A DNA stretch of 63,659 nt, filler included, from Choristocarpus tenellus KU-1152 (Eukaryota; Protista; Phaeophyceae), in assembly GCA_964200185.2 (NCBI GenBank). It is 12 parts of 12 records of this genome, joined end to end, with 100 filler letters (N's around TTAATTAATTAA, not from the genome) between each part and the next. Parts side by side here need not be neighbours in the genome. Positions count along the whole stretch, not along the records: positions 25,926 to 31,956 come from CAXNAD020009117.1; positions 32,057 to 37,279 come from CAXNAD020011452.1; positions 37,380 to 41,766 come from CAXNAD020014790.1; 9 more parts are not named here. One strand, 5' to 3'. Under the pieces are notes generated by a model. It was not told the origin of the DNA. It saw nothing but the letters and a program-made list of their open reading frames with translations, and did no database searches. The position numbers and the translations under genes are program-made. Position 1 is the first letter of the stretch. Each line of letters begins with the position of its first letter. Positions 26,521-38,999 of the stretch are shown here, one piece after another.

Positions 26521-26530
26521 AATTTATATA
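26521..26530 (-). promoter_or_regulatory. TATA element about 30 bp upstream of the tRNA-Met-like gene
   Basis: TATATAAATT on the minus strand at -36 to -27. Confidence 0.55.
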
Positions 26531-28077
26531 CTCTGTTATGACCTAATTCCCAAATATCTATCTCTTCACATAACACAAATCACAGGTAGAGACTGGATTA
26601 GACAACATTGAGCAAAATGTGCAAAAACAGGGCCTCTCGTTCGCAAGGTCACTTTCATGCATAAGGAACGAATGATTTCTGAAAGTGTTTATGTATGGGA
26701 ACTTGGAGATTGAAAGCGAAACTAGGGCGGATAGGAAAAGTCAATAGTGCATATTTGTGTGTGCAAGATGACCTCGGCAACTTTAGGATCATGGTTGAGG
26801 GATGGTGTTCAAGGGTAACAAACCAACCGAGGTGGTATGAATGTGTGGTTGATGTCATCAAGCGCTTCGTGGATGAGTAACATGTCAGAGAACCTACACC
26901 TTGTATAGCAATAGACAGGGTTTGATAACTGGTAATCGCAAATAGCCCACACAGTATCATTCCCAGCAAGATAATATCCCCTTTGGCATAGAACATGTAT
27001 TGCATATACTATCAGCTTCAACACTATCTATCATCAGGCGATCATAGAAAGGTCAAGGAAATTAAACCTCTCCTTATTCAAAATACAAAATGAACATAGT
27101 GCAGCATGGAATGAATGTTACAGGCGAATAGCGCGAGCATTTATTTCTGCGTGCCAAAATGCGCGAACAGTATACACACGTAAGAATTTACATAAGAGGA
27201 ACTTTGAATTAATAGGAGATGCCGAGTAAGATTCGAAATGGATATATAACCTTACAGAATAGACGTCAATTCCTGAAAGTTGCAGAATAAAGATTTATGA
27301 TTGGAGTATTTACACAGCATTTTGCAGACACCATTTAATTATTTGGTTATAGAAAAACGGTGAATGACGTTAATAAACGGCTGACTTGTTGACCACACGA
27401 CTCAGTTCTTTGATCCTTACCTTCTTTTGATAAAGCGAAAAGCGAGACATTGACTGAGCTAAGCATCAACTGACACCATACGTGGTTATCATCTGTGGAC
27501 CCCCGCGTAGCGTCGTTTTAAGGTCGTTGGATTTGAGTTACATATCCTGTGGAGGTATAACTCCAATCTACAGGCCTATAGATGATACTGATGCACGTAT
27601 ACGGCTCCTGATGCATGTATACGGCTCCTGATGCACAAGTAGTCAAGATCTCTCACTTGGATTATCATCAATATCATCGTATAAAAAGGAACTGGTTGAC
27701 AATGTCTTATCACAATCAGGGACCATAATGACCAAATAATAAATAAATAGTCAAGAAGTACAAATATATAAAATCTAGGACTTCAAGGTCATAATGGTGT
27801 TTATGTAACCGCCATCAAGACATATCGCCTGTAACATGAATGTCATGACAGCATCCTAACATATCATCAATAAACATCATTGGACATCTAGTTGAAAGGA
27901 AAAAAATTGTGACAGAGACGAATTCTCCCTTTTCCTCCAACGTGATCCTTTTATACATTGTGTTCAGTAGGCAAGGGTAACACCTACTTGTATGTTGTGG
28001 AACTCATTTCTGCATTTTACTTTATGTTCAACCAGGTGATAAATCCTAATTCAGAGTATTTAGTAAAAACATACTTT

Positions 28078-28336
28078 AAGTGAAAGTATCTTAGAGGGTA
28101 CGAGTTTAGCCCTGTTTGTCCATTTGAGGCTTGGCTTCACACAGGTTTTTAATGACATTTTACCTACTCCAAAATTTTTCGGAGTAGGTAAGATGTGTAT
28201 GATATGAAAGAGTGTGTCTGGAACAAGGATATGGACGTTTCCCAACAAACATGATGACCAAAATAACATCAAAATTGCAACATTGGATTTTGACCCCCAA
28301 ATGGACGCGGCTCTACCCTCCAAGATACTTTGACTC
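28078..28336 (+). mobile_element. MITE family A (about 260 bp, Sola2-like) copy 1
   Basis: TIRs (A)AGTGAAAGTATCTTAGAGGGTA ... TACCCTCCAAGATACTTTGACTC; internal palindrome. Confidence 0.9.
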
Positions 28337-28445
28337 TTTTATAGGAGATATTATATGTACTCAAAAGGAATCATCTGGAGACTATTTCTTTGGGCAAAGA
28401 CAAATGCAAGGAGTCGTATAAACATACAGAACAGGGTAAACCAAT

Positions 28446-28706
28446 GAGTGAAAGTATCTTAGAGGGTTACGAGTTTTGCCCTGTTTGTCCATTTGGGGCT
28501 TGGCTTCCCATGTTTTTTTTTTATGACATCTTCCTACTCCAACGTGTTTCGAAGTAAGTAAAATGTATACTTTATGAAAAATATGCGTCCTGAACAAGGA
28601 TATTGACACTTCCTAACAAACACGATAACCGAAATTACATCAAAATCGCAACATTGGAGTTTGGTCCCCAAATGGACGCGGCCCTACTCTCTAAGATACT
28701 TGGCCC
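28446..28706 (+). mobile_element. MITE family A copy 2
   Basis: Same TIRs and body; (C)AAT present on both flanks. Confidence 0.9.
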
Positions 28707-28931
28707 AATGAAACTTGTCCCTCATCACAAACATGCAGAGTAGGGCATTGTACATCACTCTGTCACAGGCGATGTGTCTTAATGGTAGTTTCATAAATGT
28801 CGTTATGACCTTAAAGTCCCAGATCATATACACTTGTACTTCTTGACTATTTTTTAATAATTAGTCATTATTAGGCTATACACTTTAAACGAGTGGTTGT
28901 TCAGTCCTATTCATACCCTCACGACAAGAAT

Positions 28932-29189
28932 GAGTGAAAGTATCTTAGAGGGTACTAGTTTTGCCCTGTTTGTCCATTTGGGGCTTGGCTTCCCATGGGG
29001 TTTTTGTGATATTTTTCCTACTCCGAAATGTTTCGGAGTAGGTAATATGTATATGTTATGAAATGGTGTGTCCGGAACAAGGATACTGACACTTCCTAAC
29101 GAATACGACGGATAAAATTACATGGAATCGCAACATTGGATTTCGGCCCCCGAATGGACGTGGCCCTACCCTCTAAGATACTTTGACTC
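28932..29189 (+). mobile_element. MITE family A copy 3
   Basis: Intact TIRs GAGTGAAAGTATCTTAGAGGGTA / TACCCTCTAAGATACTTTGACTC; no matching TSD (GAAT vs ACCT). Confidence 0.9.
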
Positions 29190-29199
29190 ACCTATAATT

Positions 29200-31275
29200 C
29201 CTAAACCCCTTGATTCAGACCCGAAATGTACTTCTTCAACAGTACCCGACCCCAAATCCTCCTCCTCACTAATTCCTTCTACTGAACCCTCCAAAAATAT
29301 TCCAGGTTCTTCATCGCTATAATCCTCAGTGCCATTTCCCGCTAGTTGTCACTGGTAATAATTCTTCCCCCTTCAACAGGGGCAACCCTGAAGATGGATG
29401 CTGGTTGTCATCATGAAGGTTACTATCCCACATACACTCCCAACTGATGTCTCTTCTCATCACGAGTCTCCCTGATCATGGTAGCAGTATCCGATAGGTA
29501 TGGGGAGAGTATTGGCTAGAAGGTGCAATATGCCCATCATGCAACAAAGTTCAGTACAGGGTGAAGACTTAGTGGGTTGGTTGTCAATGTGAGCATAATT
29601 ACGACTTACCCCAAACTAGAATTTGTGTAACATCAACAGTATGCCTGTATCACAATTCTCATGGAGTCACCCAGCCTTCATTCGTAGATGTCGGTGCCAT
29701 ATTGATGAGATCGTTGGGGCGTGACATCACCTCCGCCCACAAGGTCTCATTGTCTTTCCAGTCTCGCAACATATTGCAGTAGCAGTGACTTCTCCCACAC
29801 CAACACAATTCTCCTTTCGACCACCCTGTTTACTGAGGCGCACCGGGCACAGTATACTCATGTTGAATGCCGTACCTTTCCAGCATCAACTCAATGCAGC
29901 CCCAGTAAATTCCGTCCCACAGTCCATCCCTACAGCTTCGATCTCCACTTCGTCAAGCTTTGCCATGTTGATAAAAATCTCTCAAATGTGGTTGACGCCG
30001 TTGTATCACTCTTATTGTTAAAGTTATACGCGAAACATATTTGAGTGTAGTCATCCACTACAAACGTCGCATAGTAATGCCCCTTCCCCTTACTTGGTTT
30101 TTCCTTTGGTCCAGTCAAGTCCACATAAACACGCTCCCCCCTTACCGAAGCACAATTCTCCGTCTCCTTCGGAATTGGATGCCCATGACCCTTGCCGAGT
30201 GAGCATCCTCAGCAATATCGCCCCCACATCCCCATTGTCATAATATTTTGAGCAGAAGCGTATTTCCTGACCATCCCATGATGTGCATGACCTAAACGTA
30301 TGTGCAGCTTATTTACATCCATCGATGCAGTAGTATTCTGATTCAAGTCTAATCTTGGTTTCCCAGGCACAGGTGTTGCATTAATGGTAGGGGCAGTAGT
30401 AGAGCCTGACGAGTTCATCACGTTTACACTCTTGGCATCCGTAATGAAAACAAATCTTCGTCCTCCAATGACGTAAACGTGAGATTTCGTTCCCCATTGT
30501 CCCTAAAAGTTGAGATTCTCTTGGAGTCGACTGACCGGAAACTGTGACCACCTCACATGTAAGCCTTGGCAGAATACAAGTTCACACTGAATATCAGGCA
30601 CCACGAGTGCATCAGTGAAGATAACAGTCTCCAGTTTACCACTAAGAACACACTCCAATTTGATGGCCCCCTTCTCCACAATGTCAAGTATTCCACCACC
30701 TCTAACTTCAACTGTTCCATCACAAGGTTCCAAAATAAACATGTTCTTATTGGTTGTTGTGAAGTTATCTGTCGCTCCACTGTCCCAAATCTAAACCTCA
30801 ACCCACGATGGTCTTTTGAATGGAAGTGTTTTTACCTTACTGGCAAGATAACTCAATTGATTTGTTGCCGAGAAACCTTCCAATCTTGGTCTTCTTGCGT
30901 CAGATCCGTCCGATTTTAGTCCTGCTCCCTTGTTATCAGTACCATTTCTCCCCACCCGATTCTTCTTCTTCATGATGTTTGGAGATTCCAGACCCATTGA
31001 CGAACCAAACTTTCTTTGCGGGCATTCAAAGCTCTGGTGACCTAATTCCCCACAAAAAAACAGGTATTACCCCCTTCGGTCTCCTTCTACTTCTTGAGTT
31101 GTCGGCACTTGGATCGGAAGTGAGGTGGGAGTGTATCCCCACCAATCCTGTATCGCAACCTGCTTTGTGTATGTGGTCTCCAAACTCATAATGTGGGCTA
31201 CCGTTTGTTTGTATGATGTAACCCACTCATACCCCACATACTCCTCCATGTATCGTATCATCGTCCCTTTAACAC
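29200..31275 (-). mobile_element. Degenerate Ty1/Copia LTR retrotransposon, gag-protease-integrase region
   Basis: Minus-strand order: zinc knuckle CFxCGELGHQSFECP (about 31070-31020), protease IWDSGAT (about 30790), pre-integrase LHIRLGHAH (about 30300), integrase VYVDLTGP...YYATFVVDDYT (about 30130-30050). Stops and frameshifts throughout; no LTR seen. Confidence 0.88.
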
Positions 31276-31938
31276 AACCACTATCATAATGTCACAAACT
31301 CTATCCTCATGCACAAAATGTTGAAACCTGGCTTGAGCAAGTTTGGTGGAGGATAGGTTGGGTTGATATTGATAGTGGCAACGGTGGTGGTGATGATGGT
31401 GTGGATGAGGTAGGTGTATTTTTGGTAGGTCGGTAGTGTTAAGGGTGTCGAAGGTTGGTAAGGTGTAAGGTGAGTGAGGATGGCAATGGCGTCATCCCAG
31501 AGCGCTTTTTGGAACATTAGTGGTGAATGGAATGTAGAAGGCCGGGAAGGTGAGTGGGGGTGGCAATGGCTTCACGTCAAAGGATTTTGAGGATGTTGGT
31601 GGTATTTGGATATGTAAGGTTGAGATCCTGGTCCCACCGTTTGGGTGGAGCAGAGGTAGTGTAGGATATGGTGACTGTGTTGTTGGTGGTGGACGTGGGA
31701 GTTGCACGGGGCACTTGGGTATGTATTAGGTGGGTATGATGGATCGGGGGTGATGTGGCAATGAGGGTATTGGCGCGGATGATGGTCAGGCTGGTGGCAG
31801 TGGTGGCAGTGGTGGTTTGGGCGGGCTTGGGCAGAATGGAAGTGTACTTGGCTCCGAAGAATATTGACCAGAGAGGAAGGGCAGGGCGCCGGCAGGCGGA
31901 AGTTGCTGACGGTCCCGCCAAATCCTGTCCGGTTCATT

Positions 31939-31956
31939 GACCAAAGTATCTGGGGG
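31939..31956. mobile_element. Family-B TIR plus poly-G at contig end
   Basis: GACCAAAGTATCTGGGGG. Confidence 0.7.
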
Positions 31957-32699
31957 NNNNNNNNNNNNNNNNNNNNNNNNNNNNNNNNNNNNNNNNNNNN
32001 TTAATTAATTAANNNNNNNNNNNNNNNNNNNNNNNNNNNNNNNNNNNNNNNNNNNNCTTAACATAAAACTACGAGGTGCACAAGGACAGGACGTTCACTT
32101 ACCAAATTAGAGTTAGCGGGGGGGAGGGGGGAGGGGGGAGGGGCAATGCATTTCAATATCTCGACTTCTACTCTCACAAGGTGAATGATGGTCTGCCAGG
32201 GGGTAATCGTGGGATCATTGAACTGATCTGAGAGGGTGGGGTGTAGAACGTTCTATGTTCATGACTGACTGGAAGCGGAAAATACAGGAGAGGTGAATCA
32301 TGGTGGAGCTCGATGGTGCTGGTAGGGTTTACTGGTACATCTCTTTCACGAGGGTATCTCACAGCCTTGACGAGGAGAGAGTACAAGAAGGATATGGAGA
32401 GGCTCAGGCCAGGGGAGGAATGTGAAGGAAGAGAACTATTGTGGAGGGTTGGGATAATTGATGTAGGATGGGGGCAAAGAAGCGCTGTTGGGTCCAAATT
32501 GGGCTCAGTTATGCCGCAATGGAGCACACCTGTTGACGAGAAAAATGAGGTGAATCTGCATAAAGTCAGACAATCCCTTATTCTGCAGGTGGCAACCTAC
32601 TTGGCCACAGACAAGCTTGTTGTGCAGAGAGTAAGTGACAACACAACAGCTAATATAGTGTCACATGTCTGGGAGGTTGGATACTGCGATCCTAAGAGA

Positions 32700-34120
32700 A
32701 TTTTAACCAGAGCACACCTCAAGGTGTGAGTCAGCAGAAGATAGAAAAAATAGGAGAATTGATGTTAAAGGGAAGGTGGGTAGTCAGGGGATGAGGGGGA
32801 GCACAATAGGAGCAAGAGGATGGTCCAAGTTAGTGCAGAGGCTATCTGCATATTGGTAGCATCTGCCATCAGATTGTGGAAGGCCATATGGAGAGGCAGG
32901 ACAGACGAGGGAGCAAAAAGGCAGGCAACCAGTTGGTTTGAGTCTATCATTGGACATATGGACCTGATTATCAAATTTCCCCTGCACTTCAACTTTGTGA
33001 AGGGTTGAGGTTGGAAATGGCAGGGGACTCAAACAAGCATAAGAGGAGCAGTGTGTGTGGTGGAAGGAGGTGCTCACCAGTGTGATGGTATATCTAAGAG
33101 CCAGGATGGGGGAATGTTTGGACTGTGCATGACTGCATCATATTGGGAGCTGGCGACTGTCGAGTTCAACATGTTAACCATCGTATCTCTTCCTCCTACC
33201 TGTGATGGACAGATGGTATACTATAGATGGAGGTGTGGATATGAATATACAAAATGCAATATTGAGGTTAGGTGGGGAAGCCTCTAGGAGTAAGGCAATG
33301 GGGGCCTTGTAAGGAGCTTTGGCTATGGCACACCAATGGACCTGTGTTGGCTGTATACAAGCTAATGAGGAACACTGTCAATGGGTGCCTGGTGTGAGGG
33401 TTCACAATCCTCCTACAAATATGTGTGAGAATAGCCAACAAGATTATGAGGGAGAGGTGGAGGTGCTGGGTAAGACAGAGGACGATGGGAAGGTGTCGAC
33501 CAGGGTAGAGCAATAATAATTCAGCCAATGAAGCTCTGGAGATATAGGAAAACTGAACAGTCATGCAGGGATGGGAGTATATCGAAGGGGACTAAGGATG
33601 CCTGCCTGCTCTAAGGGCTTAGATGCAGGTAGACTGTGTGCATCGAGGACTGGGTGGGGGAAGAGGCCTGGTAAGGGTTGATTTCCAAGAGGATGGTCAA
33701 GCCTTACCAAGGTTGGTTGAGGTATTCTTGTGTGGTCGAGTTCTGAGTATTCTGTCTCGATGTCGATGGCAACTGTCTTTGGAGGGTGGATGCAATTATT
33801 ATGGTGTGCTCGGGCTTTGTTCTGCTTCAATTTAATTGATAGGTTGGCACGTGGAGTGAACTGCCCTGAATAAATGGACTCGATGAGGTCTGATTTGAGG
33901 GGTGACTAGTGTACAGGTGAGTGAACTGAGAAACTGTGTGGGCCCGGCAATTTGAAGGGAAGTGCAATGAGCAGGAGGGGCTGGAGGTGGAGGGGGAAGA
34001 GATGGGGTGAAGAGGTTGGTGAGATCACCTGAGTGAAGATATTGTTTGGCAGGTCAATGATAACATCGAGAAGAGTTAAGGGCGAAGGTGTGCGGAGGAG
34101 GTGAGGGTCCTGCATTGCAT
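32700..34120 (-). mobile_element. Highly degenerate retroelement RT remnant, possibly Penelope-like
   Basis: Broken motifs in the expected order: AIDIETEYSELDH, SYISRASLAELL, GNLIIR and DYP. No intact YxDD seen. Confidence 0.4.
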
Positions 34121-35191
34121 TTTATAAAAGTGGAGGAGGAAGACTAAAAGAGGACTATGATGGAGTGACTTGTCGAGGGAAATATGAAGACAGTGTTGAG
34201 GAAACTAACAAATGCACAGCTTATTCACCTAGTGCAAGGCGTCCAATGGCATGACGAGTGATGTGATGGAGCTGGGTGCTAATAACACCATTTTGACATT
34301 AACGGCAGCAGGGGGTGGAAACGAGGAGAGGAACTCTCAAGGGCTTCCAGAGCACAGGAGAGTTATGTTTTGACGGACAATACCAGAATTGACTAGGTGA
34401 GAGAAAATAGCAAAGAGAAAAGAGATAAAATTTACTCTGCTTGGCGTCCCTTTGTTCCCCATTTCGTGCATGAAATCTTTATTGGAACTTGGGTTATTAG
34501 AACCTCACTTACATATCTCATATTCCAGAGTATGTGCCGGCAGGTAGGTAGAGGTGTGTGTACGTTTGGTGACATACTAGTTTGGTGACATACTAGTTTG
34601 GTGAGATACTATTTCTCCCTCCCTTCTCTTCCTCCATCTACCTTTTGAGCAGTGTTGGTGTATGCAGACCATTTTTCGGGATCTGCAAGGAGTCAGTAAA
34701 CCAATCGAGATACCTACCATGATATGATTTGGGGTAGTGATACAGCCATGACTTTAAATTGTCTCTTCTACTAATATTGATGTGTAGGAGAGGAAAGTTT
34801 CCACTAAATACTTTTTGAAGTACATTATTTTTATCATAACTCTAACCGCCGTCAATAATCAACTTACTACAAACATAACATTATGAATTGAGAATTTCGA
34901 CTTAAGTAGAATCGTTAACGTGGGATTTGATCCCACAACGTTGGTATACACACACGCACACACACGTCAGTATAGATTCTACCCATCTTCGATCCTAATT
35001 TTTGACTGCCACAATATTACTATTTATACTTTAAGTTCAGTTACTACAATAACGAACGTACATCACAATTTTTTCCATACAACTATTCAACTACTAAAGG
35101 TTGAACTGCAGCCCCACAAAACTTTCTGATCCAGATACTTCCCCCCTACCCAGCTATCTTTGCTGCAGACCTAGCCCACCCTCTCACGACC

Positions 35192-37130
35192 ATGAACCTC
35201 ACCCTATCCCTCGTGACTCGACGCGCAGCTGGTCATGTTTCCCGGAATTGGGGTCTCTCCCGCAAAGTCAAAAGGATGTGGACAGCTTCGGCATCGGAGG
35301 ACACTCCAACACGGAGTAGCCAGTGCATAGCCCTCGAGGACAGGTTGAGAAACACTGACGGACCTCAGACTCTAAACGCTTTGCTTCGTAGATATTGGAA
35401 TATCTGGGGGACGTGACTTTTTCTCGTTGAGGGGGGATGGAGGGGAACTGCATCGCTTGCATAAGGTTGTAATGAGATTCGTACAGTCTTGTGTTAGATG
35501 AACGTATTTCTATTAACTGTTTCAGTCTACTAACTACCCCGTGGGTCCCTTTCCATAAAAATAATGTAACCGCACAGATATAACGCACACAACTACCACC
35601 CCCTTCCAGTGGTTTTGAGCAAAGGAAGTGGAGTGTTTGTGTGGGATGTTGAGGGAAAGCGATATTATGATTGGCTAAGCGCATACTCTGCCGTCAACCA
35701 GGTGAGGAAAGAACCTCAACGTGTCCATACAATGTGTCCTTTTTTTGCACTCCTTAATAACCTTGGAGTTAAAACGTATATTCCAATGCTACCACTCCAG
35801 GGGCACTGCCATCCTCGCATCGTGGAAGCACTGGTGACCCAAGCAGAGCGCTTAACCCTAACCTCACGAGCCTTTTGCTCGGAAGCCCTCGGAGAGTTCT
35901 CCGAGTACATCACAGACTATTTTGGTTACGAACGAGTCCTCCCAATGGTGAGCAGAGAAACCTACCAGGTCACAGGGATGGGACCGAAGACAAGGCGATG
36001 TTCCCCTGTTATTGTCCAATTCTCTGCCTTCCCCATCATGGTGGTCTCGAGGCACCTACTCATGGATAAGAGGTGCATCAGGAGTTTATGAAAGGCTAGA
36101 AGTTGGTTTGTAGACAGGGTGCAACAGAGTGAGACAGGAGCATCTCGTTTAAAAAAAAAGTGTTGTCGTTGGTGCGTAGTGTATGAGTAGAAGAGGCGAT
36201 AAGTACCCCTTGGGATCACGTTTGGGTCATGCGGGTACCACTGTAGGTTCTCCATAAGTTCCTCCAAGTGTGTCATAAGTGCTGTTCAGCAGTTTATTTT
36301 TTTTTGCTCCCCTAGATAACTGGGAGGGTACAGGGGTTACCCCAAAGGGTAAAGAATTTGCATCTCATTCTGTGTACTTGTTAGCTGTGTGCTTCACTCC
36401 TTCTTTGTGGATTCAAGCTGATGATGCTTTTTTTACCCGTCAAATTAATAGCCTCATGAGGGTATATTGCGTGATTGTTTGGGTCAGACTGGAACTTGTA
36501 ATTCCCTTTCTTCGGTACCAATTTAGTATGTCCTGGGTGTGTGTGTTTGTTTTAGTAGAGAAATATATTTGACGGGTTTTTATTTATTTGATGCAACTTT
36601 CTTGCCCTGATCAACCTGTCAACCCAGAGCACTCTATATATGCCTTGCCCAACTTTCTTTCATGCCCAACCAACATGGTGCGCGATAGTGGGGCTCCAAT
36701 GGTCATCATCACTTGGCAAGAATTATGCAACTTTACACACAGTTAACTATTGTGAAGGAGGTTGACACATAATTTTGTAACAGACGTGCTCTACTGTTTT
36801 GATCTTCAACAATCATGACGGGGATTTATTAGTATACCTAGGTGTAGCCATGATTGATCATCCCCTCCCACCATGCTCTCTTATCGACTAACCTTTTTTG
36901 AGCTTCTCGATGTTTTTTCTGCACTCCCTTTCCTTCATGCTCCCTCTTGCTCTGTTCCTTTGGTCTGTCAACCTGCTGGTATGGTGTCTATCCCCCATAA
37001 TTTTCTACAAAATGTGTTGACATCTTCCCATGACTTGGTGCTTGTATTGCAGAACACTGGTGTGGAGGGGGGTGAGACAGCCATCAAGCTCGCACGCCGA
37101 TGGGGCTATGATGTCAAGGGTGTGGAAGAG
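35192..37130 (+). CDS. OAT: Ornithine aminotransferase (mitochondrial), first four exons
   Basis: Exons 35192-35343, 35578-35701, 35801-35947 and 37053-37130 splice in frame to [46 protein letters not shown]...LTLTSRAF...[23 protein letters not shown]. Arg/Ser-rich presequence. Confidence 0.96.
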
Positions 37131-37379
37131 GTGGGCATTTGTCAGCTTGTGCTCAACCTTGCTGCAAATTGATTCCCTGTCCCTACCCACGACACTGCAC
37201 CCCCCCCCCCTTCCCCTTTCTCCCCCCGCTGGTTTCCCTCAAATAGAGTGTTTCCGCCAATTTTTTTATTTTCTTTAACNNNNNNNNNNNNNNNNNNNNN
37301 NNNNNNNNNNNNNNNNNNNNNNNTTAATTAATTAANNNNNNNNNNNNNNNNNNNNNNNNNNNNNNNNNNNNNNNNNNNN

Positions 37380-37764
37380 CATCAAAATCGCAACATTGGA
37401 TTTTGGCCCCCAAATGGACGCGGCTCTACCCTCTAAGATACTTTGGCTCAGCCAATGGCATATCTCTCATTCTTCATCCTAACTATACGACCAATATACA
37501 CCAACCAATAAGCCTGTTTGAACACATTCGAAATCCGACACATGCAAAACTCGAAACTCCTAACCAAGCCCAAATAGATGGTGCCATATATTCCCATTCC
37601 TCGTGCGTACGCAAGGACAAAAGGGAACCTAACCAACAGCCCTCTTTCTCCCCCCCACATCGCAAATTCGACACGTGCAACCAAATCACACCAAAAAGTG
37701 AAAATCGAAAAAAGGGTCAAAAACGGATGCTGGCGCCCCGCCCCCCCCCCAGATACTTCGACCC
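37380..37764. mobile_element. MITE-A right end (37380-37449) followed by a family-B element ending at 37764
   Basis: ...TACCCTCTAAGATACTTTGGCTC ends at 37449. 37669-37764 resembles 45325-45415 and ends with poly-C AGATACTTCGACCC. Confidence 0.8.
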
Positions 37765-37994
37765 ATTCTCGACCACAAATCTGGACTGTGTCATTTGTAG
37801 GGTGTTTCCATTATTCAATCTTGATCACTAACGATTAGAATATTTTGAATATATGTAATTATGAAGTTTTATGCAACCGGTATTGATATTCAATGTTGAA
37901 TGTTGTAGAGTGCATGTAGACCTATTTGTTTGAACCATAGCTGCAATTTGATGCATACAAATGTTAAGAAATCAGTACATCGACAGCAGTACAG

Positions 37995-38238
37995 GAGCCA
38001 AAGTAACTTAGAGGGTAGGGCCACGTCCATTTGGGGACCAAAATCCAATGTTGCGATTTTGATGTAATTTTGGCTATCGTGCTTGTTAGGAAGTGTCAAT
38101 ATCCTTGTTTCGGAACAACCTTTCCATAACGCATACATTCCCTACTCCGAAACATTTTGGAGTAGGAAAATGTCATAAAAAGAAACGTGGGAAGCCAAGC
38201 ACCAAAATGGACAACTAGGGCAAAACTCGTCCCCACTC
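37995..38238 (-). mobile_element. MITE family A copy (reverse), TSD ACAG
   Basis: ACAG|GAGCCAAAGTAACTTAGAGGGTA ... CACTC|ACAG; one TIR is internally deleted. Confidence 0.9.
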
Positions 38239-38999
38239 ACAGAACAGTGGTAACCCTTTAATCAACAGGGTGGACCCAGGGTATGAATGAAGCTATTCGT
38301 ATTATGTTATTTCTATCTCCACTTTAGCCTGGGGACTATCCTAAACCATGTTCTAAGTCATCATACACCAACTACCTCTCATACCGAGTACTACCACTGT
38401 GATCATCAAACTGATGCACTGCGAAGAGTTGTACTGCCTCCAATATTGCTCCTCACAAGTTGGGACCAACCGAACCACTGTATATCTCTACGGTTTCTCC
38501 CTCAATTTTTAACCCAGACTCACCTTGTTCTTGGCCCAGTGTTACTACAGGATTGTGACAGGAAATTATAGATGTACAATCCATAGTACTTGACACCTGG
38601 ACTTCGTACGAATTAAACCATATTCCCATTGGAAGAAGTTTGCCATCGATAGGGTTTGATCCCGCAAAATTGAAGGGAAACACTTCCTCCTTTAACCACC
38701 AAGTTACGAATTTTGATAGGAACGTTCACAGCAAAATGAGATTACCTGGGTTGGGTGAGGACAAAAACAAAAATTACCCAGGTCGGGCCGTGGACCAACT
38801 TGGGTAAGGTATTTATTAAGGGGACCAGGTCAGGGCCTTTGTTCAGAAATGCCAAGGGGCGGCTGGGTTGTGGGCCAGTTCCCCCAGGCTGGTCCAGTTA
38901 ACTAATAGTCCGGTCTAAAGCCCTAGGAATTACATCTTGATTTACTCATACCCTAGCCGATATATCTTCACTGCATCCTCAAGTGAACACTATGTTACA

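Larger units (their letters stand above)
27725..28871. mobile_element. Old foldback/TIR element with about 110-bp inverted arms, carrying two nested MITE-A copies
   Basis: 27725-27836 (ATAATGAC...ATAGTCAAGAAGTACAA...AAGGTCATAA...ATCGCCTGT) is the approximate reverse complement of 28761-28871. Confidence 0.75.

Noticed and set aside
28078-29189. CRISPR- or integron-like array (palindromic direct repeats with unique spacers)
   Set aside because: The repeats are 260-bp TIR elements with TSDs, irregular spacing and solo copies elsewhere. No cas or integrase gene is present and the context is eukaryotic.
31284-31937. P/T/H-rich minus-strand ORFs as part of the Copia gag
   Set aside because: Composition changes abruptly and no motifs are recognisable. 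It may be another retroelement fragment but cannot be assigned.
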